This document shows, in pieces, positions 20,008-29,357 of a DNA stretch of 46,174 nucleotides. Position 1 is the first letter of the stretch. Each line of letters opens with the position of its first letter. The notes beneath the pieces are model-generated. The model ran no database searches. It was not told the origin of the DNA and was given only the letters and a program-made list of their open reading frames with translations. Source of the DNA: an uncultured Clostridia bacterium (lineage in GTDB: Bacteria > Bacillota > Clostridia > Lachnospirales > Anaerotignaceae); assembly GCA_937919015.1 (NCBI GenBank), contig CALFPN010000014.1:1-46174 (forward strand), given 5' to 3'. The translations under genes were made by a program, and so were the position numbers.

Positions 20008-20409
20008 TTATTTTCGTTTTTTTGATTTTGCGGAAGTCATCTGTAGCTGCACACCCCTGCCGTCTTCCATAGCCAGTGCATATTCATCCAGCTTTGCCTC
20101 TGCTTCTTCCTTCGCCTTTTCCGCTTCATCCAGCTTTTGCACCAGTTCCTGTGCTCTTGTTGTCATGCCGAGCAGTCTGCCTTCCAATTCTGCAGTATAA
20201 GCTTTTTCTTTCAAATAATCATCCGCAACATTGATGGAAGTCAGCACATAAGCAAGGCTGGAATCCAGCGTAACAGCAACAGCCTTCTGACGGACCTCTG
20301 TCATCTTCTGGTCGATATATGCTGCCACCTGACGCATATGTTCTTCTGTTTCTTCGCCCACCAGCGTAAAGCTCTTGCCGTCAATAGAGATCTTTACTCT
20401 GTTTTTCAT
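20008..20409 (-). CDS. zapA: Cell division protein ZapA
   Basis: V.I.IDGK.FTL.G.E.EEHM..VA.YID.KM, VLTSINVADD followed by a coiled coil; start may be GTG 20418. Confidence 0.85.
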   Translation of the reverse strand: MKNRVKISIDGKSFTLVGEETEEHMRQVAAYIDQKMTEVRQKAVAVTLDSSLAYVLTSINVADDYLKEKAYTAELEGRLLGMTTRAQELVQKLDEAEKAKEEAEAKLDEYALAMEDGRGVQLQMTSAKSKKRK

Positions 20410-20637
20410 ATACTGCACGCCCCTTCACGGAAATTTTTCACGGTTACATACTTATTTGTAAGTATACCACAAATATTTTTTATAAGGAATACTTTTTTAA
20501 GCATAGAAGAAACAATTCGTACGGCTTCGCTTCCCTCATACGTTTGCTCTGCAAAGGAATTGCGGTATACCGCCATTCATAATCCTGCAAGCAGATCATA
20601 AATGGCACTATACGCAAAATTTTCTCCGCTCTATCAC

Positions 20638-20674
20638 AAAAAAATCCCTCTGAAGAAGAATCTTCAGAGGGATT
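20638..20674 (-). terminator. Terminator of the oxidoreductase operon
   Basis: 14-bp stem AATCCCTCTGAAGA-AGAA-TCTTCAGAGGGATT with a T tail on the minus strand. Confidence 0.85.
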
Positions 20675-20702
20675 ATGTAATTTAAATCAATTCAAATTTA
20701 GA

Positions 20703-21254
20703 TTACAGATTTTTTGCACATTCATAACCCAGTTCAAAAGCTTTTTTGTTATCGGGAATGAATTTTGCTTTGCCGCCTTCGAATACATGAGCGAATGTGT
20801 CGTCCATGCCAGCAACGTCGATTGCGCCTGTAGCGTAAACTACAGCACCCAGCATAACCAGGTTAGCCAGTTTGGAGCCACCAAAATTTTCTGTTGCGAT
20901 TGTGTTAGCGGGGATGTTGTAAACTTTAACGCCTTCTTTTACTTCGCCAGCTGTGCACAGGTCGGAGTTGATAACCAGAGAGCCGCCAACTTTTACAACG
21001 GAAGCGAATTTGTCCAGGGAAGGCTGGTTCAGTGCTACGATACAGTCAGCGTCTTTTGTGATTACGGGAGAACCTACTGTTTCATCGGAGATGATAACAT
21101 TTACGTTCGCTGTACCACCACGCATTTCAGGACCATAGGAAGGACACCAGGATACTTCTTTGCCTTCCAGCATGCCAGCATATGCCATAATTTTACCCAT
21201 CAGCAGAGAGCCCTGACCACCAAAGCCTGCGATGATAGAAGAAAAGTTACTCAT
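20703..21254 (-). CDS. 2-oxoacid:ferredoxin oxidoreductase gamma subunit
   Basis: AGFGGQG, PSYGPEMRGGTAN, ANLVMLGA. Confidence 0.9.
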   Translation of the reverse strand: MSNFSSIIAGFGGQGSLLMGKIMAYAGMLEGKEVSWCPSYGPEMRGGTANVNVIISDETVGSPVITKDADCIVALNQPSLDKFASVVKVGGSLVINSDLCTAGEVKEGVKVYNIPANTIATENFGGSKLANLVMLGAVVYATGAIDVAGMDDTFAHVFEGGKAKFIPDNKKAFELGYECAKNL

Positions 21255-21255
21255 A

Positions 21256-22008
21256 TTATTTGCCCTCCTCTACTGTGATATCTTTATATACGCCCAGAGG
21301 ATAGTAAGGGATCATGGATTCTCTTACAAATTCCATAGCTTTAACAGGTGTTACACCCCAGTTTGTAGGGCATGTGGATACAACTTCTACAAATGTGAAG
21401 CCCAGACCCTGTTTCTGGATTTCGAATGCTTTTCTGATTGCTTTTTTTGCCTGAGCAATCTGTGCAGGTGTAGAGATGGATACTCTTTCGATGTATGCGG
21501 GACCTGTCAGTGTAGCCAGCATTTCGGATACACGGATGGGGTTACCGTTTACTTTAGGGTCACGGCCTTTCTGAGCTGTTGTAGCTTTCATGCCGGGCAG
21601 TGTTGTGGGAGCCATCTGGCCGCCTGTCATACCATAGATACCGTTGTTGATAAAGATTGTTGTGATTTTTTCGCCACGAGCTGCTGCGTGAACGATTTCA
21701 CATGTACCGATGGAAGCCAGGTCACCGTCGCCCTGGTATGTGAATACCAGCTGTTCGGGACGAACTCTCTTGATACCTGTTGCTGTTGCGGGAGCACGAC
21801 CGTGTGCACACTGAATCGCATCAATGTTGAAGTAGTTGTTAGCAAATACAGCACAACCTACGGGTACACATGTGATGGAGTTACCCAGTTCGCCCATTTC
21901 TTCCAGTACTTCTGCTACCAGTCTGTGTACGATACCGTGACCACAACCGGGACAATAATGCAATTTAGCGTCTGTTAAGCCTTTTGTTTTTTCAAATACA
22001 ACTGCCAT
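21256..22008 (-). CDS. 2-oxoacid:ferredoxin oxidoreductase beta (TPP-binding) subunit
   Basis: YCPGCGHG, HGRAPA, QGDGD...NN TPP motif, YGMTGGQMAPTT, CPTNW. Confidence 0.92.
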   Translation of the reverse strand: MAVVFEKTKGLTDAKLHYCPGCGHGIVHRLVAEVLEEMGELGNSITCVPVGCAVFANNYFNIDAIQCAHGRAPATATGIKRVRPEQLVFTYQGDGDLASIGTCEIVHAAARGEKITTIFINNGIYGMTGGQMAPTTLPGMKATTAQKGRDPKVNGNPIRVSEMLATLTGPAYIERVSISTPAQIAQAKKAIRKAFEIQKQGLGFTFVEVVSTCPTNWGVTPVKAMEFVRESMIPYYPLGVYKDITVEEGK

Positions 22009-23066
22009 TATTTGTCACCTCCCATGATTTCTTTACCGAATGCTACGATTTCATCAACAGAAGGTACGTTACCGCCTGTTCTGCCGTGGAATACTACTTT
22101 GTTTTTGTCGTTACATGCAACGATAACATCGGGAACCATCTGGCCCATGGACATTTCTACATCCATGTATTTTTTGATCTTATCGTTGAATTTATCAAAA
22201 CCTTTCTGAGGGAAAGGCCACAGTGTTTTAGGTCTCAGCATACCTACTTTGTAACCTTCAGCTCTCAGGTAGCCAATAGCTGTTCTAACAACTCTGGAAG
22301 CTGTACCATAGGATACGAATGCGTATTCAGCATCATCCAGCAGATATTCTTCCCAAGCCTGTTCGTTTTCTTCAATCTTAGCGTATACTTTGAAGTGGTC
22401 ATGGTTCCAAGCTTCACAGTCATCGGGATCGATTACCAGGTTTTTGATGTTGCTTCTCTTTTCGCCCCAGTTACCAACCAGTGCCCAGTCTTTTGCAGGG
22501 ATGTTAGGTCTGGGAACGTAGTTGAATTCTACGGGTTCCATCATCTGACCGATCAGACCGTCAGCCAGAACGATTACGGGTGTGCCGTAGATATCAGCGA
22601 TATCGAATGCTTCCATAACCATGTTAACAGCTTCCTGTACGGATGCGGGAGCCAGAACTACATCGTGGTAGTCACCATTGGAGCCGCCTTTTACTGCCAT
22701 GTTATAGTCAGCCTGACCGGGCTGAATTGTACCCAGACCCGGGCCACCTCTCATCATGTTGATGATAACTGCGGGCAGGGATGCGTTGGAGATGTAACCA
22801 ATACCTTCCTGTTTCAGAGCGATACCGGGGGAAGAAGAGCTTGTCAGAACTCTGCCGCCAGCTGCTGCTGCGCCATACACCATATTGATAGCAGCTACTT
22901 CAGATTCAGCCTGAACGAATGTGCCGCCTACTTTAGGTAATTCATTGGATAAATATTCAGGTACTTCGGACTGAGGAGTGATGGGGTAGCCAAAGAAATA
23001 TCTGCAACCTGCCTCAATAGCCGCTTTACCAACTGCTTCGTTGCCTTTCATCAAAACTTTTGCCAT
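22008..23066 (-). CDS. 2-oxoacid:ferredoxin oxidoreductase alpha subunit (VorB-like, branched-chain 2-oxoacid type)
   Basis: KGNEA, FGYPITPQSE, QAESEVAA, SSSPG, RGGPGLG. Confidence 0.9.
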   Translation of the reverse strand: MAKVLMKGNEAVGKAAIEAGCRYFFGYPITPQSEVPEYLSNELPKVGGTFVQAESEVAAINMVYGAAAAGGRVLTSSSSPGIALKQEGIGYISNASLPAVIINMMRGGPGLGTIQPGQADYNMAVKGGSNGDYHDVVLAPASVQEAVNMVMEAFDIADIYGTPVIVLADGLIGQMMEPVEFNYVPRPNIPAKDWALVGNWGEKRSNIKNLVIDPDDCEAWNHDHFKVYAKIEENEQAWEEYLLDDAEYAFVSYGTASRVVRTAIGYLRAEGYKVGMLRPKTLWPFPQKGFDKFNDKIKKYMDVEMSMGQMVPDVIVACNDKNKVVFHGRTGGNVPSVDEIVAFGKEIMGGDK

Positions 23067-23086
23067 TGAAATGTCCTCCTCTCTAA

Positions 23087-23302
23087 TTAGTCCAGTTTTT
23101 CTACTACGATCGCGCAGTCAGGACACATTTTCGCACAGCTTGTGCATGCGATACAGTCGTCGCTGATCATTTCTGCGGGATTGTAACCTGCGGGGTTGAT
23201 TTTTGTTGTAGACAGTGCCAGTACCTTTTTGGGACAAACAGATACGCAAAGACCGCAACCCTTACAGATCACTTCATTGATAGTTACTTTACCTTTTGCC
23301 AT
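23087..23302 (-). CDS. 2x[4Fe-4S] ferredoxin (oxidoreductase delta subunit)
   Basis: CKGCGLCVSVCP and CIACTSCAKMCP. Confidence 0.92.
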   Translation of the reverse strand: MAKGKVTINEVICKGCGLCVSVCPKKVLALSTTKINPAGYNPAEMISDDCIACTSCAKMCPDCAIVVEKLD

Positions 23303-23331
23303 TCAAAATACACCTCCATAAATATTTGAAT

Positions 23332-24012
23332 TTACATCCAGGTTTTCCTCATATTAAACTCCATAGGGAACAATTCCCCAGAAAGTCCTTGGGGTACTTC
23401 CTCTGTCAAAAGTTCTTTGACATAGGATACGTACTTCACAGGTACACCTGTGCGTTTTGTTACTTCCTTCAATACCTCATCCCCGTGGAGCAGACATTCC
23501 GCAGTCGTTTCTCTTACCAGGTTTGTGTTATTGACGAAGCCTGTCACTTTCATCCCTGCAGCATGTTCCAGAATTTCCATCTGTTCAATGATGCCCTCAG
23601 GTGTAGAGGTATCGGGACGATATACATTGACTACCATAAAAAAGTCTGTTTCCGCATGGTCGATCAGGGGTTTGATTCTGCCCAGCACCAATGTGCCTAC
23701 ATCGTTGCCACCAAGGTCAATCAGATACTGATATTCCTTATTGACCACAGGCATTGTCATTGCGCCGGAAACAGCGGGCACATCTGCAACTGCAGTATCC
23801 AGATTGGATGCAATCACCTGAATGCCCATCGCTTCCATTTCTGCCTTTTTTTCACGGGAACGGAAATAAACATTTACGATATCCAAATCGGCGATTGCGA
23901 CTTTACCTTCTACGCTTTCACGCAGTTTTTTTATGTAATTGACAGAAAACTCTGTCTTGCCGCTGCCGTAGTGACCTGTAATAATTCTGATTCTTTTATC
24001 ATCAGTTACCAT
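23332..24012 (-). CDS. Uncharacterised P-loop NTPase
   Basis: GHYGSGKT Walker A, DLDIVNVYFRSR, DLGG; start at ATG 24012 after GGAGG. Confidence 0.8.
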   Translation of the reverse strand: MVTDDKRIRIITGHYGSGKTEFSVNYIKKLRESVEGKVAIADLDIVNVYFRSREKKAEMEAMGIQVIASNLDTAVADVPAVSGAMTMPVVNKEYQYLIDLGGNDVGTLVLGRIKPLIDHAETDFFMVVNVYRPDTSTPEGIIEQMEILEHAAGMKVTGFVNNTNLVRETTAECLLHGDEVLKEVTKRTGVPVKYVSYVKELLTEEVPQGLSGELFPMEFNMRKTWM

Positions 24013-24184
24013 ATGTTTCGCCTCCATACAGTTTATGTTGCTTTTCTCACGACCCTTTTGTTATATATCGCAAACAAATATGAAATAGTGAGAAATCAGT
24101 TATGGATACTTTCAATAAAATGAGAATCTATTTCTACAAGATTTTAGCTATTTTTTTGAAAATTCCACACTCCAACTCGAATAC

Positions 24185-24213
24185 ATTATAGCGCAACTTT
24201 CCCCCTGTTGCAA
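24185..24213 (-). promoter_or_regulatory. SigA-type promoter of the P-loop/oxidoreductase operon
   Basis: TTGCAA-17 nt-TATAAT. Confidence 0.7.
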
Positions 24214-24417
24214 GAAATTATATAATTTTTTTGTTTTGTATTTCAAAAAAAACATAAAATTTACCATGAAATTCGAAAACTATTCTAATAATCTCAAAAT
24301 TCATTTGTATGAATTATATAGTTTTTTTATTAAAATACATCAACTTTTCTAAAATTTCGTTATTTGTCTTACAAGCAAGTTTGCATACTCTCTTCAGAAA
24401 AACAGCCAAAAAAGCCC

Positions 24418-24470
24418 AAAAAAAGCCCCCTTCTGATAACATTCGTTACCAGATAACGGGGGCTTATTTT
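24418..24470 (-). terminator. Terminator after glutamine synthetase
   Basis: AAGCCCCC...GGGGGCTT outer stem with a T tail on the minus strand. Confidence 0.6.
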
Positions 24471-24497
24471 TACCTTTATTTTCTTGTCATACAACTA

Positions 24498-26606
24498 TCA
24501 AATGTTATACAGCAGTTCGCCGTAGGTGGGGAAAGGCCAGCTGTTTTCATCTACCAGCATTTCCAGTTTGTCCGCAGGCTCTCTCAAATCCTTCATGGCA
24601 GCGAATACATAATCACGACAGAAGATTGCCTGAGATTTGCTGTCACCCTGTAGCTGGTTCGCCTGTTCTGTCACCTCTGTCAGCATTTTCAGACGTTCGT
24701 GGAACAGATTCAGATTTTCCGCAATTTCCTTCATCAGCTCTTCTTCCGCGGAGGCATCCACGCCAATGGCTTTCACTGCTGCAACAGACTTCGCAACCTC
24801 TCCTGCATATTTTACAACAGCAGGTCTGATCTGTCTGGAAGCAATATCGATCATGGTTTTTGCTTCAATATTGATCTGTTTTACATAGTTTTCATATCTG
24901 ATCTCTGCACGAGACTGCAACTCCAATTTATTCAGTACGCCATGTCTGCCAAACAGCTCTACTACCTTATCCTCCAGGAAAGCATCTACCGCATCGATGG
25001 AATTTGTGATATTGGGCAGACCTCTGCGTTTTGCTTCCTGTACCCATTCATCGGAATAACCATTACCATCAAAGATGATACGCTTATGTTCCACATAGGT
25101 TCTGCGAACCAGTTCATGAACAGCCGCACTGAAATCTTCCGCCTGTTCCAATTCATCGGCAAATTTTCTCAGTTCTTCTGCAACAATGGTATTCAGCGCA
25201 AAGTTAGGGCCGGAAATTGAGCCGGAGGAAGGAGGCATACGGAATTCGAATTTATTCCCTGTAAAGGCAAAGGGAGAGGTTCTGTTTCTGTCTGTAGCAT
25301 CCTTTTTCAGGGCAGGCAGTGTATTTACGCCGACACGCATTCTGCCGCCCTGCAGGGAGCTGGTTGCTTCGCCGTGCTCAATCTGGTCGAAGATATCCTG
25401 CAGCTGATCGCCCAGGAAGATGGAAACGATGGCGGGAGGTGCTTCCTGAGAACCCAGACGATGGTCGTTACCGGGGTTGGAAGCAGACAATCTCAGTAGT
25501 TCGGGATATTCGTCCACACCTTTGATGATGGCACTGAGGAATACCAGGAACTGCGCATTTTCATGGGGTGTTTTACCGGGGTCCAGCAGATTCACCCCAT
25601 CATCTGTACCTAAGGACCAGTTATTGTGCTTGCCGCTGCCGTTTACCCCTGCAAAGGGTTTTTCATGGAGCAGACATGCCAGACCATGGTGGCTGGCGAT
25701 TCTTTTCATGGCTTCCATAATCAGCTGGTTGTGGTCTGTTGCCTGATTGCAGTCCTCGAAAATCGGTGCCAGTTCGTGCTGAGCAGGCGCAACTTCGTTG
25801 TGCTGTGTTTTTGCAGGCACACCCAGCTTCCACAGTTCCACATTCAACTCATGCATAAAGCATGCGATTCTCTCTTTGATGCTGCCAAAATAGTGGTCAT
25901 CCATTTCCTGTCCTTTGGGAGGCGCAGCACCAAACAAGGTACGGCCTGCAAAAATCAGGTCTTTTCTCTGCTGATACAATTCTTTGTCAATCAGGAAATA
26001 TTCCTGTTCTGCACCACAGCTGACTGTGATCTTTTTCGCATTATGATTGCCGAACAGGCGCACGATACGCATAGCCTGTCTGCTGACTGCTTCGCAGGAA
26101 CGCAGCAGAGGTGTTTTTTTGTCTAGAGATTCCCCTGTATAGGAATAAAAGGCAGTTGGAATATACAATGTGATGCCGCCGGCATCTTCACGCAGAAATG
26201 CAGGAGAAGTGCAGTCCCATGCAGTATAACCGCGGGCTTCAAATGTAGCACGCAGGCCACCGGAAGGGAAAGAGGATGCATCCGATTCTCCTTTGATCAA
26301 TTCCTTACCGGAAAATTCCATGATAGCTTTGCCGTTGGAGGGCGGTGCCAGAAAGGAATCATGCTTTTCCGCCGTGATCCCTGTCATCGGCTGGAACCAA
26401 TGGGTATAATGTGTTGCACCACGTTCAATGGCCCAGTCTTTCATAGCATTGGCAATGATATCCGCAATTTCGGAATTCAGCATTGCACCCTGTTCGATGG
26501 TGCTTCTCAGTTCTTCGTATACTTTTTTAGGGAGATGCTCACGCATCATAGCATCATTGAATACATTCATCCCGAAGATTTCGGGTACAGAAATCTTTTC
26601 CTTCAT
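24498..26606 (-). CDS. glnA: Glutamine synthetase type III
   Basis: 702 aa; THWFQP, DASSFPSGGLR, EQEYFL, HNEVAP.QHE, HEKPFAGVNGSGKHNNWS, DRNRTSPFAFTGNKFEFR. Confidence 0.95.
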   Translation of the reverse strand: MKEKISVPEIFGMNVFNDAMMREHLPKKVYEELRSTIEQGAMLNSEIADIIANAMKDWAIERGATHYTHWFQPMTGITAEKHDSFLAPPSNGKAIMEFSGKELIKGESDASSFPSGGLRATFEARGYTAWDCTSPAFLREDAGGITLYIPTAFYSYTGESLDKKTPLLRSCEAVSRQAMRIVRLFGNHNAKKITVSCGAEQEYFLIDKELYQQRKDLIFAGRTLFGAAPPKGQEMDDHYFGSIKERIACFMHELNVELWKLGVPAKTQHNEVAPAQHELAPIFEDCNQATDHNQLIMEAMKRIASHHGLACLLHEKPFAGVNGSGKHNNWSLGTDDGVNLLDPGKTPHENAQFLVFLSAIIKGVDEYPELLRLSASNPGNDHRLGSQEAPPAIVSIFLGDQLQDIFDQIEHGEATSSLQGGRMRVGVNTLPALKKDATDRNRTSPFAFTGNKFEFRMPPSSGSISGPNFALNTIVAEELRKFADELEQAEDFSAAVHELVRRTYVEHKRIIFDGNGYSDEWVQEAKRRGLPNITNSIDAVDAFLEDKVVELFGRHGVLNKLELQSRAEIRYENYVKQINIEAKTMIDIASRQIRPAVVKYAGEVAKSVAAVKAIGVDASAEEELMKEIAENLNLFHERLKMLTEVTEQANQLQGDSKSQAIFCRDYVFAAMKDLREPADKLEMLVDENSWPFPTYGELLYNI

Positions 26607-26687
26607 ATGTTATTCCTTTCTTTTGTAAAACCTGAACCACTTTATTATGATATGTAATACTGCATTTTTTTGTTCATTTATCCTTTC

Positions 26688-26716
26688 ATTATAGCGGGGC
26701 ATACTTTTCTTTGCAA
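26688..26716 (-). promoter_or_regulatory. SigA-type promoter of glnA
   Basis: TTGCAA-17 nt-TATAAT. Confidence 0.7.
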
Positions 26717-26987
26717 CGATTTTGCCTTTGTCGAATTGGAGAAATCTGAAGACATTTGTCCTTATTTTTAACCAATTCCTACAAAAATAAAAAACCATTC
26801 CTTTTTCAGAAAGATGCTGTTAATCGATCAGCGCATCTCCTGCTCCACTTTAGCTTTTTTCCCATTCTCTTTTTCCTCTTTTTTCACCGGTCCTTATCTC
26901 AGCCATCCTGCCTTCCCCGAAAGTTGCTGTGAATGTGCAGAATCCATCCATTACTGAAAAATTTTTCACTCATTTATGGTTTTTCTC

Positions 26988-27029
26988 TTGAAAAACCGTT
27001 TGTCTGTCATGTATACTATTCATAGTATA
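26988..27029 (+). promoter_or_regulatory. Promoter plus palindromic operator of the YheO-type regulator
   Basis: TTGAAA-18 nt-TATACT; palindrome TATACTAT-TC-ATAGTATA (27012-27029) overlaps the -10. Confidence 0.6.
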
Positions 27030-27081
27030 AAATCAATTTAAAATATTACTATGCACCTATTTTACTTTCTGGAGGTACATT

Positions 27082-27744
27082 ATGGAAAATGCGATCACCA
27101 TCCTGACCGAAAAGGACAAGGCGATTCTGAATTCTTATCTCCCTGTAGCCGAAGGCACCGCAGAATTTTGGGGAGAAAATTGTGAAGTTGTTATTCATAA
27201 TCTTTCCCGACTGGATGCTTCTGTCATGAAGATCGTCAACGGACATCTTTCCGGCAGGCAGGCAGGCTCTCCCATTTCCGAAGTAACATTGTCTTTCGTC
27301 AACAAAATGCTGGCAAATCCCAATCTGCGCCATGTAACGTATTTTGCAAAAAACAAACGGGGAGAAGCATTCAAGGCCTCTATCTCCGCTATCGAAGGGG
27401 AAAACAGCAATATCATCGGTCTGTTCTGTATCAATTTCTATCTGACTGCTTCTCTATTGTCTTTGCTGCAGAACTTTACCCCCAACACAAAAACAGAAAA
27501 TGATAATATTTCCGAAACCTTTGTGGAAAATGCAGAAGAACTGATGCTGAATGCACTGGAGGAAGCGAAGAAATCTGTATATGACAACCTGTCCATTTCT
27601 TCTTCCAATAAAAACAAGGAAATCGTGTCGATCCTGTATCAGAAAGGTATCTTTAATCTGAAGGATTCCGTTATTACCATTGCAAATCATCTGGGTATTT
27701 CCAAAAACACGGTTTACATGCACATCAGAAATATGAACAAATAA
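27082..27744 (+). CDS. YheO/DauR-type transcriptional regulator (PAS_6 + HTH_22)
   Basis: G.NCEVVIH, NGHLSGR..GSP, IGLFCIN, KGIFNLKDSV..IA..LGISKNTVY. Confidence 0.9.
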   Translation: MENAITILTEKDKAILNSYLPVAEGTAEFWGENCEVVIHNLSRLDASVMKIVNGHLSGRQAGSPISEVTLSFVNKMLANPNLRHVTYFAKNKRGEAFKASISAIEGENSNIIGLFCINFYLTASLLSLLQNFTPNTKTENDNISETFVENAEELMLNALEEAKKSVYDNLSISSSNKNKEIVSILYQKGIFNLKDSVITIANHLGISKNTVYMHIRNMNK

Positions 27745-27754
27745 GTAATCAACG

Positions 27755-27782
27755 AAAAAAGAACCCTCTCGGGTTCTTTTTT
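27755..27782. terminator. Bidirectional terminator
   Basis: AAAAAAGAACCC-TCTC-GGGTTCTTTTTT between convergent genes. Confidence 0.85.
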
Positions 27783-28629
27783 AATTTACTTCATAACCGA
27801 TCATCAGACCGCCTCTTTCTGCATAATAGCTGCAAAGGCCTCTGGTGGGCATAGACTCAAATACAACATTTTCATATTTTGCAGAAATCGTTTCTTTCAC
27901 AAGCTCCACGCCCGTGGGATTCTGACAATGGGAAATAATGACTTTACCACCTTTATATCCTTTGCTTTCCATTTCCCGCAAAATGATCCCTGCGCCCTTT
28001 TTCTTGTTTCTGGATTTCGCAATGGGAACGATCTGACCATCTTCACTGACATTTACGATCAGGTGCAGATTCAAAAGATTGGCTGCCATACCAACGATCT
28101 TGGGAACACGACCATTCTTTACCAAATTTTCGATACTATAAAGAACGGCTACCAGCTTCGTATGATTTTTTGCATAATCATCAGACTGTCTGCACACTTC
28201 TTCGAAAGGCAGGCCGGATGCCACCAGCTTATGGATTTTCTGCACCATTAGCGTCAGCTGCATGCCTGCAGACCAGGAATCCAGAATATAAATTTTCTTT
28301 TCAGGACTTTCCTCCAGAACCATCTGCTTTGCCACTTCTGCTGCGTTGTAGCTGCCGGACAGTGTGCTGATAATGGTAACTACATAACATTCATCGGCTT
28401 CGCGGAAATGAGCTGCATATTCTTCCGGACTGGGACAGGCAGAGCTTGTTTTGCCAGCATATGCGTACATTTCATCAATGAATTTGGCCACATCCAGATT
28501 CTCATCATCTACAAATTCTTTCTCCCCCACCATGATCTTCAGGGGCACTTTTTCAAATGCAATGCCATCTGCCAAATTTTCAATAGACATCATGCAGCAA
28601 CTGGAGTCTACCAAAATTTTTTTCTTCAT
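27781..28629 (-). CDS. DegV family fatty-acid-binding protein (FakB-like)
   Basis: ILVDSSC, TSSACPSP, LSGSYNAA, NLVKNGRV; start ATG 28629 after GGAGG. Confidence 0.9.
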   Translation of the reverse strand: MKKKILVDSSCCMMSIENLADGIAFEKVPLKIMVGEKEFVDDENLDVAKFIDEMYAYAGKTSSACPSPEEYAAHFREADECYVVTIISTLSGSYNAAEVAKQMVLEESPEKKIYILDSWSAGMQLTLMVQKIHKLVASGLPFEEVCRQSDDYAKNHTKLVAVLYSIENLVKNGRVPKIVGMAANLLNLHLIVNVSEDGQIVPIAKSRNKKKGAGIILREMESKGYKGGKVIISHCQNPTGVELVKETISAKYENVVFESMPTRGLCSYYAERGGLMIGYEVN

Positions 28630-28770
28630 ATCTATATCCCTCCGCGGAAAAGCTTCATAAAACACATAGTTTCGATTACTACATGTTATTGTACCATTTG
28701 CGAATTTATGTTACAATTTACAAAACCAGACGAAGTGTCACATTTTGTCGATATTCCAAGGAGGAATCCT

Positions 28771-29331
28771 ATGTATATCAATAAAAAAAGAGTTTCTCTA
28801 CCCGATACCGCAGGGGCTTATCTGGCCTATGCCCTGATGGATCTGATGGAAAAGAAGCCTCTGGAAGAGATCTCTATCACAGAATTAACAAAAAAAGCGG
28901 GGGTCTCCCGCATGAGTTATTACCGCAGCTTTACTTCCAAACAAAACATTTTGGAAGAATATTTGCAGACCATTGTGCGCCGTTTCCGTATCGAAGGGGA
29001 AAAAAGGGGCTATCTGGGAAAAGACCATGGCTATGAGCAACTGCTGTATGCTTTTCGTTTTTTTCGCAACCACAGCCGCTTTGCCCTTTGTCTGCATAAT
29101 GCCAACCTCTCTTCCATCCTGCTGGACGGATTGAATAAATATATGGATCTGTACATGCTGCCGCCCAATGCAGAATTTTCCAGACGCTGTAAAACCTATG
29201 CCTATGCCGGTGCTCTGTATAATCTGTATATCCAATGGTTGAAGAACGATATGCAGGAAAGCGAGGAAAAAATGGCAGAGATCGCCTTCCGCATCATGTT
29301 CCCTCATTCCAAGCTTCCATATGAGAAATAA
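28771..29331 (+). CDS. TetR/AcrR family regulator
   Basis: ISITELTKKAGVSRMSYYRSF HTH; start ATG 28771 after AAGGAGG; divergent from degV. Confidence 0.88.
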   Translation: MYINKKRVSLPDTAGAYLAYALMDLMEKKPLEEISITELTKKAGVSRMSYYRSFTSKQNILEEYLQTIVRRFRIEGEKRGYLGKDHGYEQLLYAFRFFRNHSRFALCLHNANLSSILLDGLNKYMDLYMLPPNAEFSRRCKTYAYAGALYNLYIQWLKNDMQESEEKMAEIAFRIMFPHSKLPYEK

Positions 29332-29357
29332 AAAAAGACCCCAAAGGGTCTTTTTTT
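29330..29357. terminator. Bidirectional terminator
   Basis: A7-GACCC-CAAA-GGGTC-T7. Confidence 0.85.

Noticed and set aside
21232..24123. Long antisense ORFs over the oxidoreductase operon
   Set aside because: Same codon-bias shadow effect; the opposite strand has clear conserved motifs
26850..26951. 33-codon minus-strand ORF upstream of glnA
   Set aside because: No RBS at the first ATG, lies upstream of the glnA promoter and has no Gln-rich leader signature
28408..28770. Apparent long N-terminus on the TetR ORF
   Set aside because: Overlaps degV and the intergenic region; the strong RBS points to 28771
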